Part shown: positions 27,613-36,701 of the stretch, one piece after another | Numbering within the stretch: position 1 is the first letter of the stretch | How the letters are laid out: every line of letters starts with the position of its first letter | Assembly: GCA_024225035.1 (NCBI GenBank) | Contig: JAAEMX010000211.1 | Span: 22,658-86,657, forward strand | Direction of reading: 5' to 3' | DNA: 64,000 nucleotides | Origin: Lentisphaerota bacterium | Lineage (GTDB): Bacteria > Verrucomicrobiota > Lentisphaeria > Victivallales > Victivallaceae | Notes under the pieces: model-generated | Told to the model about the DNA's origin: nothing | The model's input: only the letters and a program-made list of their open reading frames with translations | Database searches by the model: none | Translations under genes and position numbers: made by a program

Positions 27613-29715
27613 TCAAGCGTCTTCCAGAGCCTTGCTATACACTTGCTTACGGTTAAAAACAATCTGAAGTCTTATCATTTCAGTCAAATGATCACAAATA
27701 TGCTCTGTAATTTCTCCACTGTCAGCCAAATCCTGCAGAACCCCGATCTCTGTACTGTAAATCATATCACGAAGAGTTGCTGTGGTAACTGCCCTCAGTA
27801 GATCGAAATTCTTAGATTCAAGGCTGGCAAGTGTTTTAAATACACGATCACTAAGACCCTTGTAAAAAGTACGGCACTCTGACAATATTTCTTTGTAGAC
27901 TTTGAAAAACTCCGTTTCCTCAAGCTTGTCAATTTCCTCTAAGGCTTGATTGGCTCCTATCATGGTACTGCATAAGGTGAGATAATCGTCAAGTAAAGCC
28001 TTAGTACGAAAACGGTTTATAATATGATACGGGATGGGGAAACACCTTAGTATTCTGAACGCAATGGATTCCAGCCGCATTACCAACGGGTCATGAGTTA
28101 TTGTTGTTGGAAGCTTTGATGTAGTTATAATGCTTTCCAATAATTGAGCAGCATGAAAATCAATTCGTCTGTAAAGCCTTTCGTTAATAAAACCACATTG
28201 GAATAAGTAATTGAAAGATTTGCGCTCAGCAAAAATAACCCTTGACCATACAGTACGTTTCACTGCGTCTTCTTCCTGTTGTCTATACTTGAGAGCTTCA
28301 GACAGCCGTTGCTTTTGGTCACTAATCTTCATCTTATATTCTTCTTCAACAGCAGAAACGATCTCATGAGGAAATTTCCCTGTACTGGCAATATCCTGTA
28401 TACGTTTGAGTCCTTGCCGGCGTGCCATAAGCATAGCGTGAAGTTCTGAAAAACGCATAAACACCGTGGGTTTGTCAAGATTAAACATGCGCATGAGCAC
28501 CTTCACTGTAGTTCCCTGGAAGAAAAGAGTGAAAGCGACAACCCCTAAGGTAATTTCAATAATTAACACCCTGTGTGGCAAATCAGGAGGTAAACTGAAT
28601 ACCAGGGCGAGCGGGACAGCCCCGCGCAACCCACCCCAAAACATTATGAGCTGGTATTTAATATCAATTTTTTCTTCCTTGTTGCGCCGTCCTAACAGCG
28701 GACAAATTCCGAAAACAATTAAAGCACGTGATATCTGTATGGCAATAATACCCCACATGATATGCCTGAGCGTTATAGACATGGCATTGGTGTCAATGAG
28801 GTAAAAATCTTCGGTAAACCCCAGGAGCAGGAAAATAAAACTGTTGGCAACAAATGCGACAAAATCCCAGAATTGTCGCATGTACTCTTTTATCTTTGGA
28901 GTGAAGCGGGTCATGCCGTAATGGTTGATAACCATACCGGCACCAAGTGCTGCCATTACTCCGGAAGTATTGAATACCTTGTCAGCCACAATAAAGGCTG
29001 CGTAGGCAACAACTGTCGATAGTGCTACTTCAACCATAAAATCGTTTTCGGCAAAAAGGATTATCTGCACCATAATAAAACCAATCACAGCTCCAACGGC
29101 AAGACCTCCAAGAAAAATAATAATAAAGTCAATTCCACCTTGTACAAAAGTTCCCACTGAGAATGCTGCCCCTGCTACCACAATGCTTTTGATGATCGTA
29201 TACATCACAATAGCCGTAGCATCATTGAATAAGCTTTCGCCATCTACCAGTATGCGCAGTCGGCGTGGAGCTCCAATAATCTCAAAAAGGGAGATCACAG
29301 CAACTGGGTCAGTCGCCGAGATAAGTGCTCCAAACAGCATTGCCCCTCCTAGCTCAAGCGGAGTAAAAAAGAACATAATAACACCGACAAGAATTGTAGA
29401 AATAACCAGCCCCGGTGCTGCCAGTAAAAGAGTAGGGGACAGGTTTTTAAAAAGCAGTTTGGTATCTATGTTTACCGAGGCTGAAAAAATCAAAGCCGGC
29501 AATAATACATACATTATAAGGTCATGGTTAAGCTTTATATTTTGTGCAGCCTCCAGCCCGTCAACTCGGTTGCATATGAACGCAAGAACTATACCTACAA
29601 ACACAAGTCCTATAGTATATGGTATTCTAAGGCGTTTAAAAAATATAGCGGAGAGAGTAGCTATTAAAAGCAGAATGACCGCAGCCATTACAGACGTAGA
29701 AAGTCCTGTTCCCAT
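27613..29715 (-). CDS. Na+/H+ antiporter, CPA1 (NhaP-type) family, with large cytoplasmic C-terminal domain
   Basis: A transmembrane Na_H_exchanger domain of about 400 aa (ATDPVAV, FNDATAIV motifs) plus a soluble C-terminal extension of about 290 aa. Confidence 0.8.
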   Translation of the reverse strand: MGTGLSTSVMAAVILLLIATLSAIFFKRLRIPYTIGLVFVGIVLAFICNRVDGLEAAQNIKLNHDLIMYVLLPALIFSASVNIDTKLLFKNLSPTLLLAAPGLVISTILVGVIMFFFTPLELGGAMLFGALISATDPVAVISLFEIIGAPRRLRILVDGESLFNDATAIVMYTIIKSIVVAGAAFSVGTFVQGGIDFIIIFLGGLAVGAVIGFIMVQIILFAENDFMVEVALSTVVAYAAFIVADKVFNTSGVMAALGAGMVINHYGMTRFTPKIKEYMRQFWDFVAFVANSFIFLLLGFTEDFYLIDTNAMSITLRHIMWGIIAIQISRALIVFGICPLLGRRNKEEKIDIKYQLIMFWGGLRGAVPLALVFSLPPDLPHRVLIIEITLGVVAFTLFFQGTTVKVLMRMFNLDKPTVFMRFSELHAMLMARRQGLKRIQDIASTGKFPHEIVSAVEEEYKMKISDQKQRLSEALKYRQQEEDAVKRTVWSRVIFAERKSFNYLFQCGFINERLYRRIDFHAAQLLESIITTSKLPTTITHDPLVMRLESIAFRILRCFPIPYHIINRFRTKALLDDYLTLCSTMIGANQALEEIDKLEETEFFKVYKEILSECRTFYKGLSDRVFKTLASLESKNFDLLRAVTTATLRDMIYSTEIGVLQDLADSGEITEHICDHLTEMIRLQIVFNRKQVYSKALEDA

Positions 29716-29874
29716 TAGCTCTTCCCCATATGAATTTAACAGTTACAGCTAGCTTTTTCCTCAGATTACACTAACTAAAGTACTGGAAAAATGACTCTTT
29801 TCAATCTAAAAAAATAGAAGGTTTTCATTATTTATTAAGCCATTCCTCAATAGATTAAAGAGTGGAATCATTAT

Positions 29875-31158
29875 TTATTTCATAATGTTAGACATTCCCA
29901 GTGCGGCAACCTTTTTCCTGATCATTTCCGCATCAGTTAAATAAAGTTCATTGGTTTTCATGTGCTCAAAATACACCGAACCTGAAAATGTGCATTTTAT
30001 CCCGGATTTATCACTTTTCTGCATTTGTTCATTTGAATAGCTGATAAAATTACCAACTGCAAGTTTATCAGGAATTGTCAACAGGTTTTCATTTCTTAAC
30101 AGTTGAACCGCATTATACCCAGCAAGGCTGCCTGTACATATTGCTTCTGTATGCCCGATGCACGCTCCAGCCTTTTCTCCAGCACAGAATAAGTTATAAA
30201 TATCTCTTACCTTCAGCTTATTATCTCTTGGAGGTGCTGATACATAGCGAATTGAATTTCCAACTGAGCCGGCATATGGGTCTTCATATCTAACATTTTC
30301 AAAGCCTCTAATTTGTCGTAGCATATGCAAGGGAAAATATGGCATCATCATTTTAGCCATTCCGGTATTAATAAGAATAATGTTATCTTTATATGCAGGA
30401 TGAGTGTACTGCTGACATGACTTGCTTTTTAGAAGCTGAGTTATATTAGAATTATTTTTAAGTTTTTCCGGTATTGGTACAATTACTACACCTTTTTTGT
30501 TCAGTTCTGAAACAATTTCTTTACTTAATGAGTCTTTTACCAGCTTGCATGAACCACTCATTCCACCAATTTCCCCAGAACTAATAAGTGGAATCTCTTT
30601 TATTCCAGACTTTTCTGAAAGGCTAACTCTACCACCAAATGTTGGGCATCTCAAAATACACATGGCGCAGCCGTTTCCATATTTGCGGCAGTTAGCCATA
30701 GGACCGCCGCTACCAGTGGCGTCAATAAAAGCATCGCCGCTTATATCATTGTCACTACTGCAGTTATTTACTTTAACTGAGATGATTTGACTACCGGAAA
30801 GATTTACGTCAATCATCCTGCTTTGATATTTAACCACAACTCCAAGTTTTTGCAGATAAGAGCGAACGATGTCCTCAATTTTGATTGCATTATAAATATA
30901 GGCGTTTTTGTGGGCAGGGAGGTTTATATTTTGAAAAGGTGAGTTTTGGTCAATGAGAATAAAAAGCTCACCAGCTCCCATGGCAATCATCTCTTCTGCG
31001 GCAGTAAAACGACCATTGTTACGCATTATACCGCCTACCAGGCCAGTGCCAAGCAACATATCAGTTCGCTCAAGAATAGTTACTTCAGCACCATGTTTAC
31101 TGGCAATTACTGCAGCCGCACATCCAGCCCATCCGCCACCAACTATTACAACTTTCAT
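29875..31158 (-). CDS. FAD/NAD(P)-binding oxidoreductase with internal Cys cluster
   Basis: N-terminal Rossmann motif VVIVGGGWAGCAAA (start moved to this Met at 31158) and a CRKYGNGCAMCILRC cluster. The family is not resolved. Confidence 0.55.
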   Translation of the reverse strand: MKVVIVGGGWAGCAAAVIASKHGAEVTILERTDMLLGTGLVGGIMRNNGRFTAAEEMIAMGAGELFILIDQNSPFQNINLPAHKNAYIYNAIKIEDIVRSYLQKLGVVVKYQSRMIDVNLSGSQIISVKVNNCSSDNDISGDAFIDATGSGGPMANCRKYGNGCAMCILRCPTFGGRVSLSEKSGIKEIPLISSGEIGGMSGSCKLVKDSLSKEIVSELNKKGVVIVPIPEKLKNNSNITQLLKSKSCQQYTHPAYKDNIILINTGMAKMMMPYFPLHMLRQIRGFENVRYEDPYAGSVGNSIRYVSAPPRDNKLKVRDIYNLFCAGEKAGACIGHTEAICTGSLAGYNAVQLLRNENLLTIPDKLAVGNFISYSNEQMQKSDKSGIKCTFSGSVYFEHMKTNELYLTDAEMIRKKVAALGMSNIMK

Positions 31159-31394
31159 TATTACCCCAATGAGTACTTTGATTTCCCTCACAGATATATT
31201 AATAAATACCATTCTGTTTGAAGCTTGTCAATTGATAGCATGGAAGCAGGATAATTAACTTTATCACATCTTCCAGGTTTGAAATATAAATATTTCAGTG
31301 ATAGCTTAATAAGCTCTATGCAACGGTTATTCCTGGGGAGTGACCAACGCGGTATATAGTTTTAAATTAAGCAAATCGCAGGAGAGTATCAGTC

Positions 31395-32606
31395 ATGAAC
31401 GCATATGTAAAGGCTGCAGTTGGAATTATTTTAGTTATTGTACTAGGTGTGTTTTTATTGTCGAGAGGGTTGATTGGCAAAAATGAGATTCAAAACTTTC
31501 AGGTTGTTCAGTCACTTGGGGGAAATATTTCAATTAACTCAAAAGGCGGGTATTACAGTAAGTTTTTTCCAACCGTTTGGAATTATCCCAAAATAAGAAA
31601 CGTTTACTTTTCAAGAGACAAAAGAGAAGGCTCTCCTGTTGATGAGTCAATTGAAATCAGATTTAAGAACAAAGGAACTGGTTTTGTCAGCACTCGTGTA
31701 ACTTATAAGCTTTTTGGCGGTAAAGATGCAGTAATGGCTATGCATGAGAACTGCGCAGGTGATACTGAAATAGCTGACAGCATTGTTTTGGCCAAACTTA
31801 AAGAAGTAGCCAGAATTAAAGGAAGTGAGCTTACTTCATCTGAAGTTGTTGAAAAACAGGAAAGCTTCATCACTGATATCCGTAAAGACATGATCGGCAA
31901 TATGAGTTTGGCAAAAATGGGTATTATAGTTGAGAAGGTTGAATTGACCAGTGTAGACTTTGACAGTGAGACCTTGAAACTGTTTAAAGCTCAGCAGAAA
32001 GCTATCCTGCTCGGTAAAGAGGCCGAAGCAAACAAAATCAAATATGATATGCAGCTCAAAGAAACTGATGCAAAATACAAGCAGCAAATTGCCGAAGAAA
32101 AAGGTAAGGCTGAAATGCAGAAAATGAAAGCTGTTACTGATGCTCAAAGAGAAGCTGAACTCGCGAAAATTGAAGCTCAGAAAAAAGTGACAGTTGCAGA
32201 ACTTGAGAAAAAAGAGGCTTTGGTCAAACAACAGCGTATAGTAGAAGTATCTGAGCTTATTAAAAAAGGAGCCCTGGTTGATGCAAGTAAGAAAGAAGAG
32301 GTTGCAAGAATTGAGCTTGTGCAGGCTAAACTTGACGCTCAATCAAAAATAGAGCTTGCTCGTGCAAAGCAAAAAGAAGTAGAGCTTTCAGGAGCTATTA
32401 CCGAGAAAGAGAGAATATTAGCTGAGATAGATGCTAACCGTCAGATTGGTGTAGCTAAAAATATTGCAGAAAGTATAAGAGGCACTAAGCTCCCTGATAC
32501 AGTCATAATTGGAGAAAGTAAGGGTGACGGTAACTTGATGAAAATGTGGTTATTAAAGCAGATTCAAGGCAATAAGCCATTGCCTGCTAAGACACCTGTA
32601 AAATAA
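31395..32606 (+). CDS. SPFH/band-7 (flotillin-like) membrane protein with long coiled-coil
   Basis: N-terminal TM helix, an SPFH domain and an Ala/Lys/Glu-rich coiled-coil (KAEMQKMKAVTDAQREAELAKIEAQKK). Confidence 0.7.
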   Translation: MNAYVKAAVGIILVIVLGVFLLSRGLIGKNEIQNFQVVQSLGGNISINSKGGYYSKFFPTVWNYPKIRNVYFSRDKREGSPVDESIEIRFKNKGTGFVSTRVTYKLFGGKDAVMAMHENCAGDTEIADSIVLAKLKEVARIKGSELTSSEVVEKQESFITDIRKDMIGNMSLAKMGIIVEKVELTSVDFDSETLKLFKAQQKAILLGKEAEANKIKYDMQLKETDAKYKQQIAEEKGKAEMQKMKAVTDAQREAELAKIEAQKKVTVAELEKKEALVKQQRIVEVSELIKKGALVDASKKEEVARIELVQAKLDAQSKIELARAKQKEVELSGAITEKERILAEIDANRQIGVAKNIAESIRGTKLPDTVIIGESKGDGNLMKMWLLKQIQGNKPLPAKTPVK

Positions 32607-32826
32607 TCAGAAATAACTTTAAGCGTGGGCTAAATAATTTGGCGAGTCAATAATGTATAACAAAAATATCAACTAAGCTCATTTGCCGATTATGCTTGGT
32701 CTCGTTTGATGCAGAGTAGGCATTTAAGCATAAAAGTCCCAATGATAAAAAAGACACTACCCTCATTCTCTCCCCTTTTTGCTATTTTATAAGTATAATT
32801 TCACTGGTTATAAAATAATCAATGAA

Positions 32827-34164
32827 TTAGATTAAATCTCCGAAAAGTGATACTGGTGTGCAGCGATTAATTTTTACTTTTACAAGCTTACCGCGTTCGG
32901 TTTCTTCATCCGGAGGAAACATGACTACTTTGGCTGTAGAAGTCTTTCCTGACCAGCGTTCTGCATTACGCCTGCTTGGACCTTCAACCAGTACTTCCTG
33001 AACAGTTCCAACTAAGTTTTCATTATGTTCAGCAGTGCGTTCTTCCAAATCCTGCAATAAAAGTTGATTGCGACGCTCTTTATCTTCTTGCTGAACTTGA
33101 TCTTCCATTATCGCAGCCGGAGTGCCCTCACGTGGAGAATACTTAAATATAAAGGCATTATCAAATCCAACATTGTTCATAATATCACGAGTTTTGATGA
33201 AATCTTCCTCGGTTTCACCGGGGAAACCGACAATTACATCAGTAGAAAATGTTATATCCGGAATGCGCTGCTTCATTTTATTGGCTATTTCCAGGTACTT
33301 TTCTGCTGTATATTGACGATTCATTTTCTTTAGTATTCGGTCTGATCCGGACTGAAGAGGCAGATGCACGTTATGACACACTTTGGACAGGGTTGCCATT
33401 GCGTCGATAAGTTTATCATTAAAATAAGAAGGGTAGGGGCTGGTAAATCTGATGCGCACCAACCCGTCAATTTCATTAAGTTCTTTTAATAAATCAGCAA
33501 ATGGTGAAGTTCCTTTTGGAGGAGGTTTTGTATCGCCATTTAAACCATATGCCGCAACGTTTTGTCCTAAGAGCATGATTTCTTTTACGCCGCTGGAAAC
33601 CAGTTCTTTAGCTTCTTCAACTACATCATTAATTTCACGGCTAATTTCACGGCCTCTGACATGTGGGACTATGCAGTAAGAACAAAATCTATTACAACCA
33701 CGGGTCACTGCAATGAAAGCCTGACAAGGTTTTGAGTCTGGCATTTTGTAGTGTGATCCCATGGAGGTTAGAACCTCACACCCCTCGTCGAGCAGAGCCA
33801 GTTGAGAGCGTTCTTCTAAAATCGAGGTCAAAACTTCCGGAAGCTTATGAAGCTGGCCTGTTCCGATTACAAAATCAACATGCGAAAGGGTTTTCAATAG
33901 TTCCTCACCATGATTCTGGGCCATACAACCCATTATTCCTATAACAAGGTTGGGGTTGTCTTTTTTTAACTTTTTCATAAAGCCAACTTTGCCTATTGCC
34001 TTACGCTCAGCCTGTTCGCGAACGCTGCAGGTATTAAAAATCAGCACGTCAGCTTTTGATTCATGATCAACTATTTGGCAGCCTTCTTTTGTAAGCATGC
34101 CGGCAATGGCTTCAGAATCTCGCTCGTTCATCTGACAGCCGTAGGTTTTTATAAATACATTCAT
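32827..34164 (-). CDS. miaB: tRNA-2-methylthio-N6-dimethylallyladenosine synthase
   Basis: N-terminal MTTase domain (YGCQMNERDSE), radical-SAM motif CNRFCSYC and a C-terminal TRAM domain. Confidence 0.9.
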   Translation of the reverse strand: MNVFIKTYGCQMNERDSEAIAGMLTKEGCQIVDHESKADVLIFNTCSVREQAERKAIGKVGFMKKLKKDNPNLVIGIMGCMAQNHGEELLKTLSHVDFVIGTGQLHKLPEVLTSILEERSQLALLDEGCEVLTSMGSHYKMPDSKPCQAFIAVTRGCNRFCSYCIVPHVRGREISREINDVVEEAKELVSSGVKEIMLLGQNVAAYGLNGDTKPPPKGTSPFADLLKELNEIDGLVRIRFTSPYPSYFNDKLIDAMATLSKVCHNVHLPLQSGSDRILKKMNRQYTAEKYLEIANKMKQRIPDITFSTDVIVGFPGETEEDFIKTRDIMNNVGFDNAFIFKYSPREGTPAAIMEDQVQQEDKERRNQLLLQDLEERTAEHNENLVGTVQEVLVEGPSRRNAERWSGKTSTAKVVMFPPDEETERGKLVKVKINRCTPVSLFGDLI

Positions 34165-34185
34165 ATTATAAGTTCAGTTTTTTTG

Positions 34186-35316
34186 TCAGTTTACGCCTAT
34201 AAGGACTAGGTTGTTACGATGAATAATTACATCATCCGCATCGCGATGCAAAGCGCTTGAAATATCTTTACTCTGCAACCCGATTATATCTTCACAATCT
34301 TCATTATTAAAATTAGAAAGGCCGCGCGCGATAATCTGACGTTTAGTGTCGAGAATTTCAAGGGTATCGCCGCGTTTAAATTTACCAGTCACACCAAGTA
34401 CACCGGAAGGAAGCAGGCTGCGCCCACCTTTTCTGATAGCCTCAGCAGCGCCGTCATCAACAGTTATCGCGCCTTTGGTATTTGAAAAAAACTTAATCCA
34501 GCGTTTCCTAGCCTGCATCTGGCGCTTGCCCGGAATAAACAATGTGCCGACATCCTCACCAGCAATGATTTTCTCAATAGTATTGTTTTCACGTCCGTCA
34601 GCAATCCACAAATACTCTCCGGCTGAATTCACTATCTTAGCTGCATTAAGCTTTGAGCTCATGCCACCGATTGAGAACTCAGCATTATCAGTGCCGGAGG
34701 CTGTCAAACGCATTTCTTCAGTAATTCTGCTTACCAGCGAAATTCTATCTCCAAGCACACCGTCGTTTTTTTCACGAAGTCCGCTTTCTGTGGTAAGTAT
34801 GATTGTAAGGTTCGAGCGTGTCATCGCTGCCAGCAAGGCTGCAAGTCCATCATTGTCCCCAAATTTCAACTCATCGATCGAAACAGAGTCATTCTCATTT
34901 ACAATTGGAAGAATATCTTTTTTCAGCAGTTCATCTATGCAGTTCAGGACATTCAAATGGCGTTCTCTGGCTTGCAGGTCAGCTGTAGTCAGCAGTAACT
35001 GTGCTGACATAAAACCATGATGACGGCATTCTTTATCATATATAGCCATGAGCTTGTTTTGTCCGGTCGCCGCTAGTGCCTGTATTTGAGACAGTTTACG
35101 AGGACGTTTTTTCATTTCAAGCTCTTTCATGCCGATGCCTACCGCGCCGGAAGACACCAGTATAACCTCAATACCGCGCTCACGGAGTTTGGAGATTCCT
35201 TTTATCAGGACAGGAATACGGTGTGTGTCAGTAAGAAGCCTGGTTCCAACTTTCACCACAACTCGTTTACATTCTCTGATAATCTGCTTACGTTTATTCA
35301 CTGAATCAGTATTCAT
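34186..35316 (-). CDS. proB: glutamate 5-kinase
   Basis: Amino-acid kinase fold (VVVKVGTRLLT) plus a C-terminal PUA domain. Confidence 0.9.
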   Translation of the reverse strand: MNTDSVNKRKQIIRECKRVVVKVGTRLLTDTHRIPVLIKGISKLRERGIEVILVSSGAVGIGMKELEMKKRPRKLSQIQALAATGQNKLMAIYDKECRHHGFMSAQLLLTTADLQARERHLNVLNCIDELLKKDILPIVNENDSVSIDELKFGDNDGLAALLAAMTRSNLTIILTTESGLREKNDGVLGDRISLVSRITEEMRLTASGTDNAEFSIGGMSSKLNAAKIVNSAGEYLWIADGRENNTIEKIIAGEDVGTLFIPGKRQMQARKRWIKFFSNTKGAITVDDGAAEAIRKGGRSLLPSGVLGVTGKFKRGDTLEILDTKRQIIARGLSNFNNEDCEDIIGLQSKDISSALHRDADDVIIHRNNLVLIGVN

Positions 35317-35515
35317 AATCTTCGCTAAATGATTGTCTAATATAAAATTTAATTGCAGCGGTTAATATATATTCACGCTGCTGGTTGGCAAATCGTAATT
35401 AGTATTTTGACAATATATTGTTTATATATTATGTATGGTATCAAAGAAATCACCTTTACCCCCCTTGATTTAAGCACTAATCGTTGCTAGATTAGAAATT
35501 ATCGTACTTTATTCA

Positions 35516-36697
35516 ATGCAGCTTAGAAATTTTAGGCTCATTATTTCAGCAAGCGAGGCTATGAGATATTTTTGTAGAAAATGTCACGAATTCACCGAGA
35601 GAGATCAGGACAAATGTTGCACTAACTGTGGAGCATCCCTGGTAGATGCACCTATGGCTCCCGGAACTGATATAGGTGGTTTTGAAATTATAACGGAAAT
35701 CGGACGCGGAGCAAATGGAGTTGTCTATCTTGCCAAACAACTAACCCTTGAGCGTGATGTCGCATTAAAAGTATTGCCGGAACAGCGTGCTAATGATCCA
35801 GAATTTGTTAAAAACTTCCTGAAGGAAGCCAGAGCCGCGGCAAAACTCAATCACCCTAATATTGTACAGGCATATGATGCAGGAGTGAGCAGCCTTGGAA
35901 CATATTTCTTTGCAATGGAATACATTAGCGGTCGCACTCTGGACGAAAATCTCAAAGAGAATGGCCCACTGAAAGTTGCCCAAGCTATTAATATTGCTTT
36001 GAAGGTGGCTGAAGCACTTGATTATGCCTGGGAGAAACAGCGGTTATTCCACGGTGATATAAAACCAGACAATATTATTATGCGTAATGATGGCGATGTC
36101 AAACTGGCAGACTTGGGGCTTGCTGCAACCATTTTTGAAGAAAAATCAGAAGAAGTAATGGCAACTCCCATGTATGCTCCTCCTGAGGTTATCAGAGGCG
36201 AACATGATAAATTTGGCTGTAAAACTGATATGTACTCTTTTGGCGCAAGTCTTTATGAATTGTTTTCCGGGGAGCCGCCGCACAATGAATATGACTGCGG
36301 TAAAGTGTTGGAAATGCATTTACATGAAGCTCATATGCCATTAAAGGAAAAATTGACTGGGTTTCCGCAAAATGCTTCTGATTTAGTTGATTCTTTACTA
36401 GCTAAAAATCCTGATGAAAGACCCGATAGCTGGAAAGAAGTCATTGAACAATTGCAAGAAATTCAAGAAGCGGGCGCTGAAAAATCAAAGTCAGGTCACA
36501 ACAATTTTAAGAAAATAATCTTTTTTATTTTACCGGCACTGATTATTTTGTCAGGAATAGTTTTTTATTACTTAAAAGAGTCAAAGAAGAATGACGTTCC
36601 GGCTATTATTACAGCCACTTTAGATGAAGAACTGCATGGACAGAAAAGCACAGGTTCTCCAAAAAGTAAAATTTTTGATGTGAACAAAACAGCTTAA
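35516..36697 (+). CDS. Ser/Thr protein kinase with N-terminal Zn-ribbon and C-terminal TM anchor
   Basis: Hanks kinase motifs HGDIKPDNIIM, DLGLA and APPE. N-terminal CRKCHEF..CCTNCG. Single TM helix near the C-terminus. The start codon is ambiguous (35516 or 35561). Confidence 0.8.
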   Translation: MQLRNFRLIISASEAMRYFCRKCHEFTERDQDKCCTNCGASLVDAPMAPGTDIGGFEIITEIGRGANGVVYLAKQLTLERDVALKVLPEQRANDPEFVKNFLKEARAAAKLNHPNIVQAYDAGVSSLGTYFFAMEYISGRTLDENLKENGPLKVAQAINIALKVAEALDYAWEKQRLFHGDIKPDNIIMRNDGDVKLADLGLAATIFEEKSEEVMATPMYAPPEVIRGEHDKFGCKTDMYSFGASLYELFSGEPPHNEYDCGKVLEMHLHEAHMPLKEKLTGFPQNASDLVDSLLAKNPDERPDSWKEVIEQLQEIQEAGAEKSKSGHNNFKKIIFFILPALIILSGIVFYYLKESKKNDVPAIITATLDEELHGQKSTGSPKSKIFDVNKTA

Positions 36698-36701
36698 TCC
36701 C

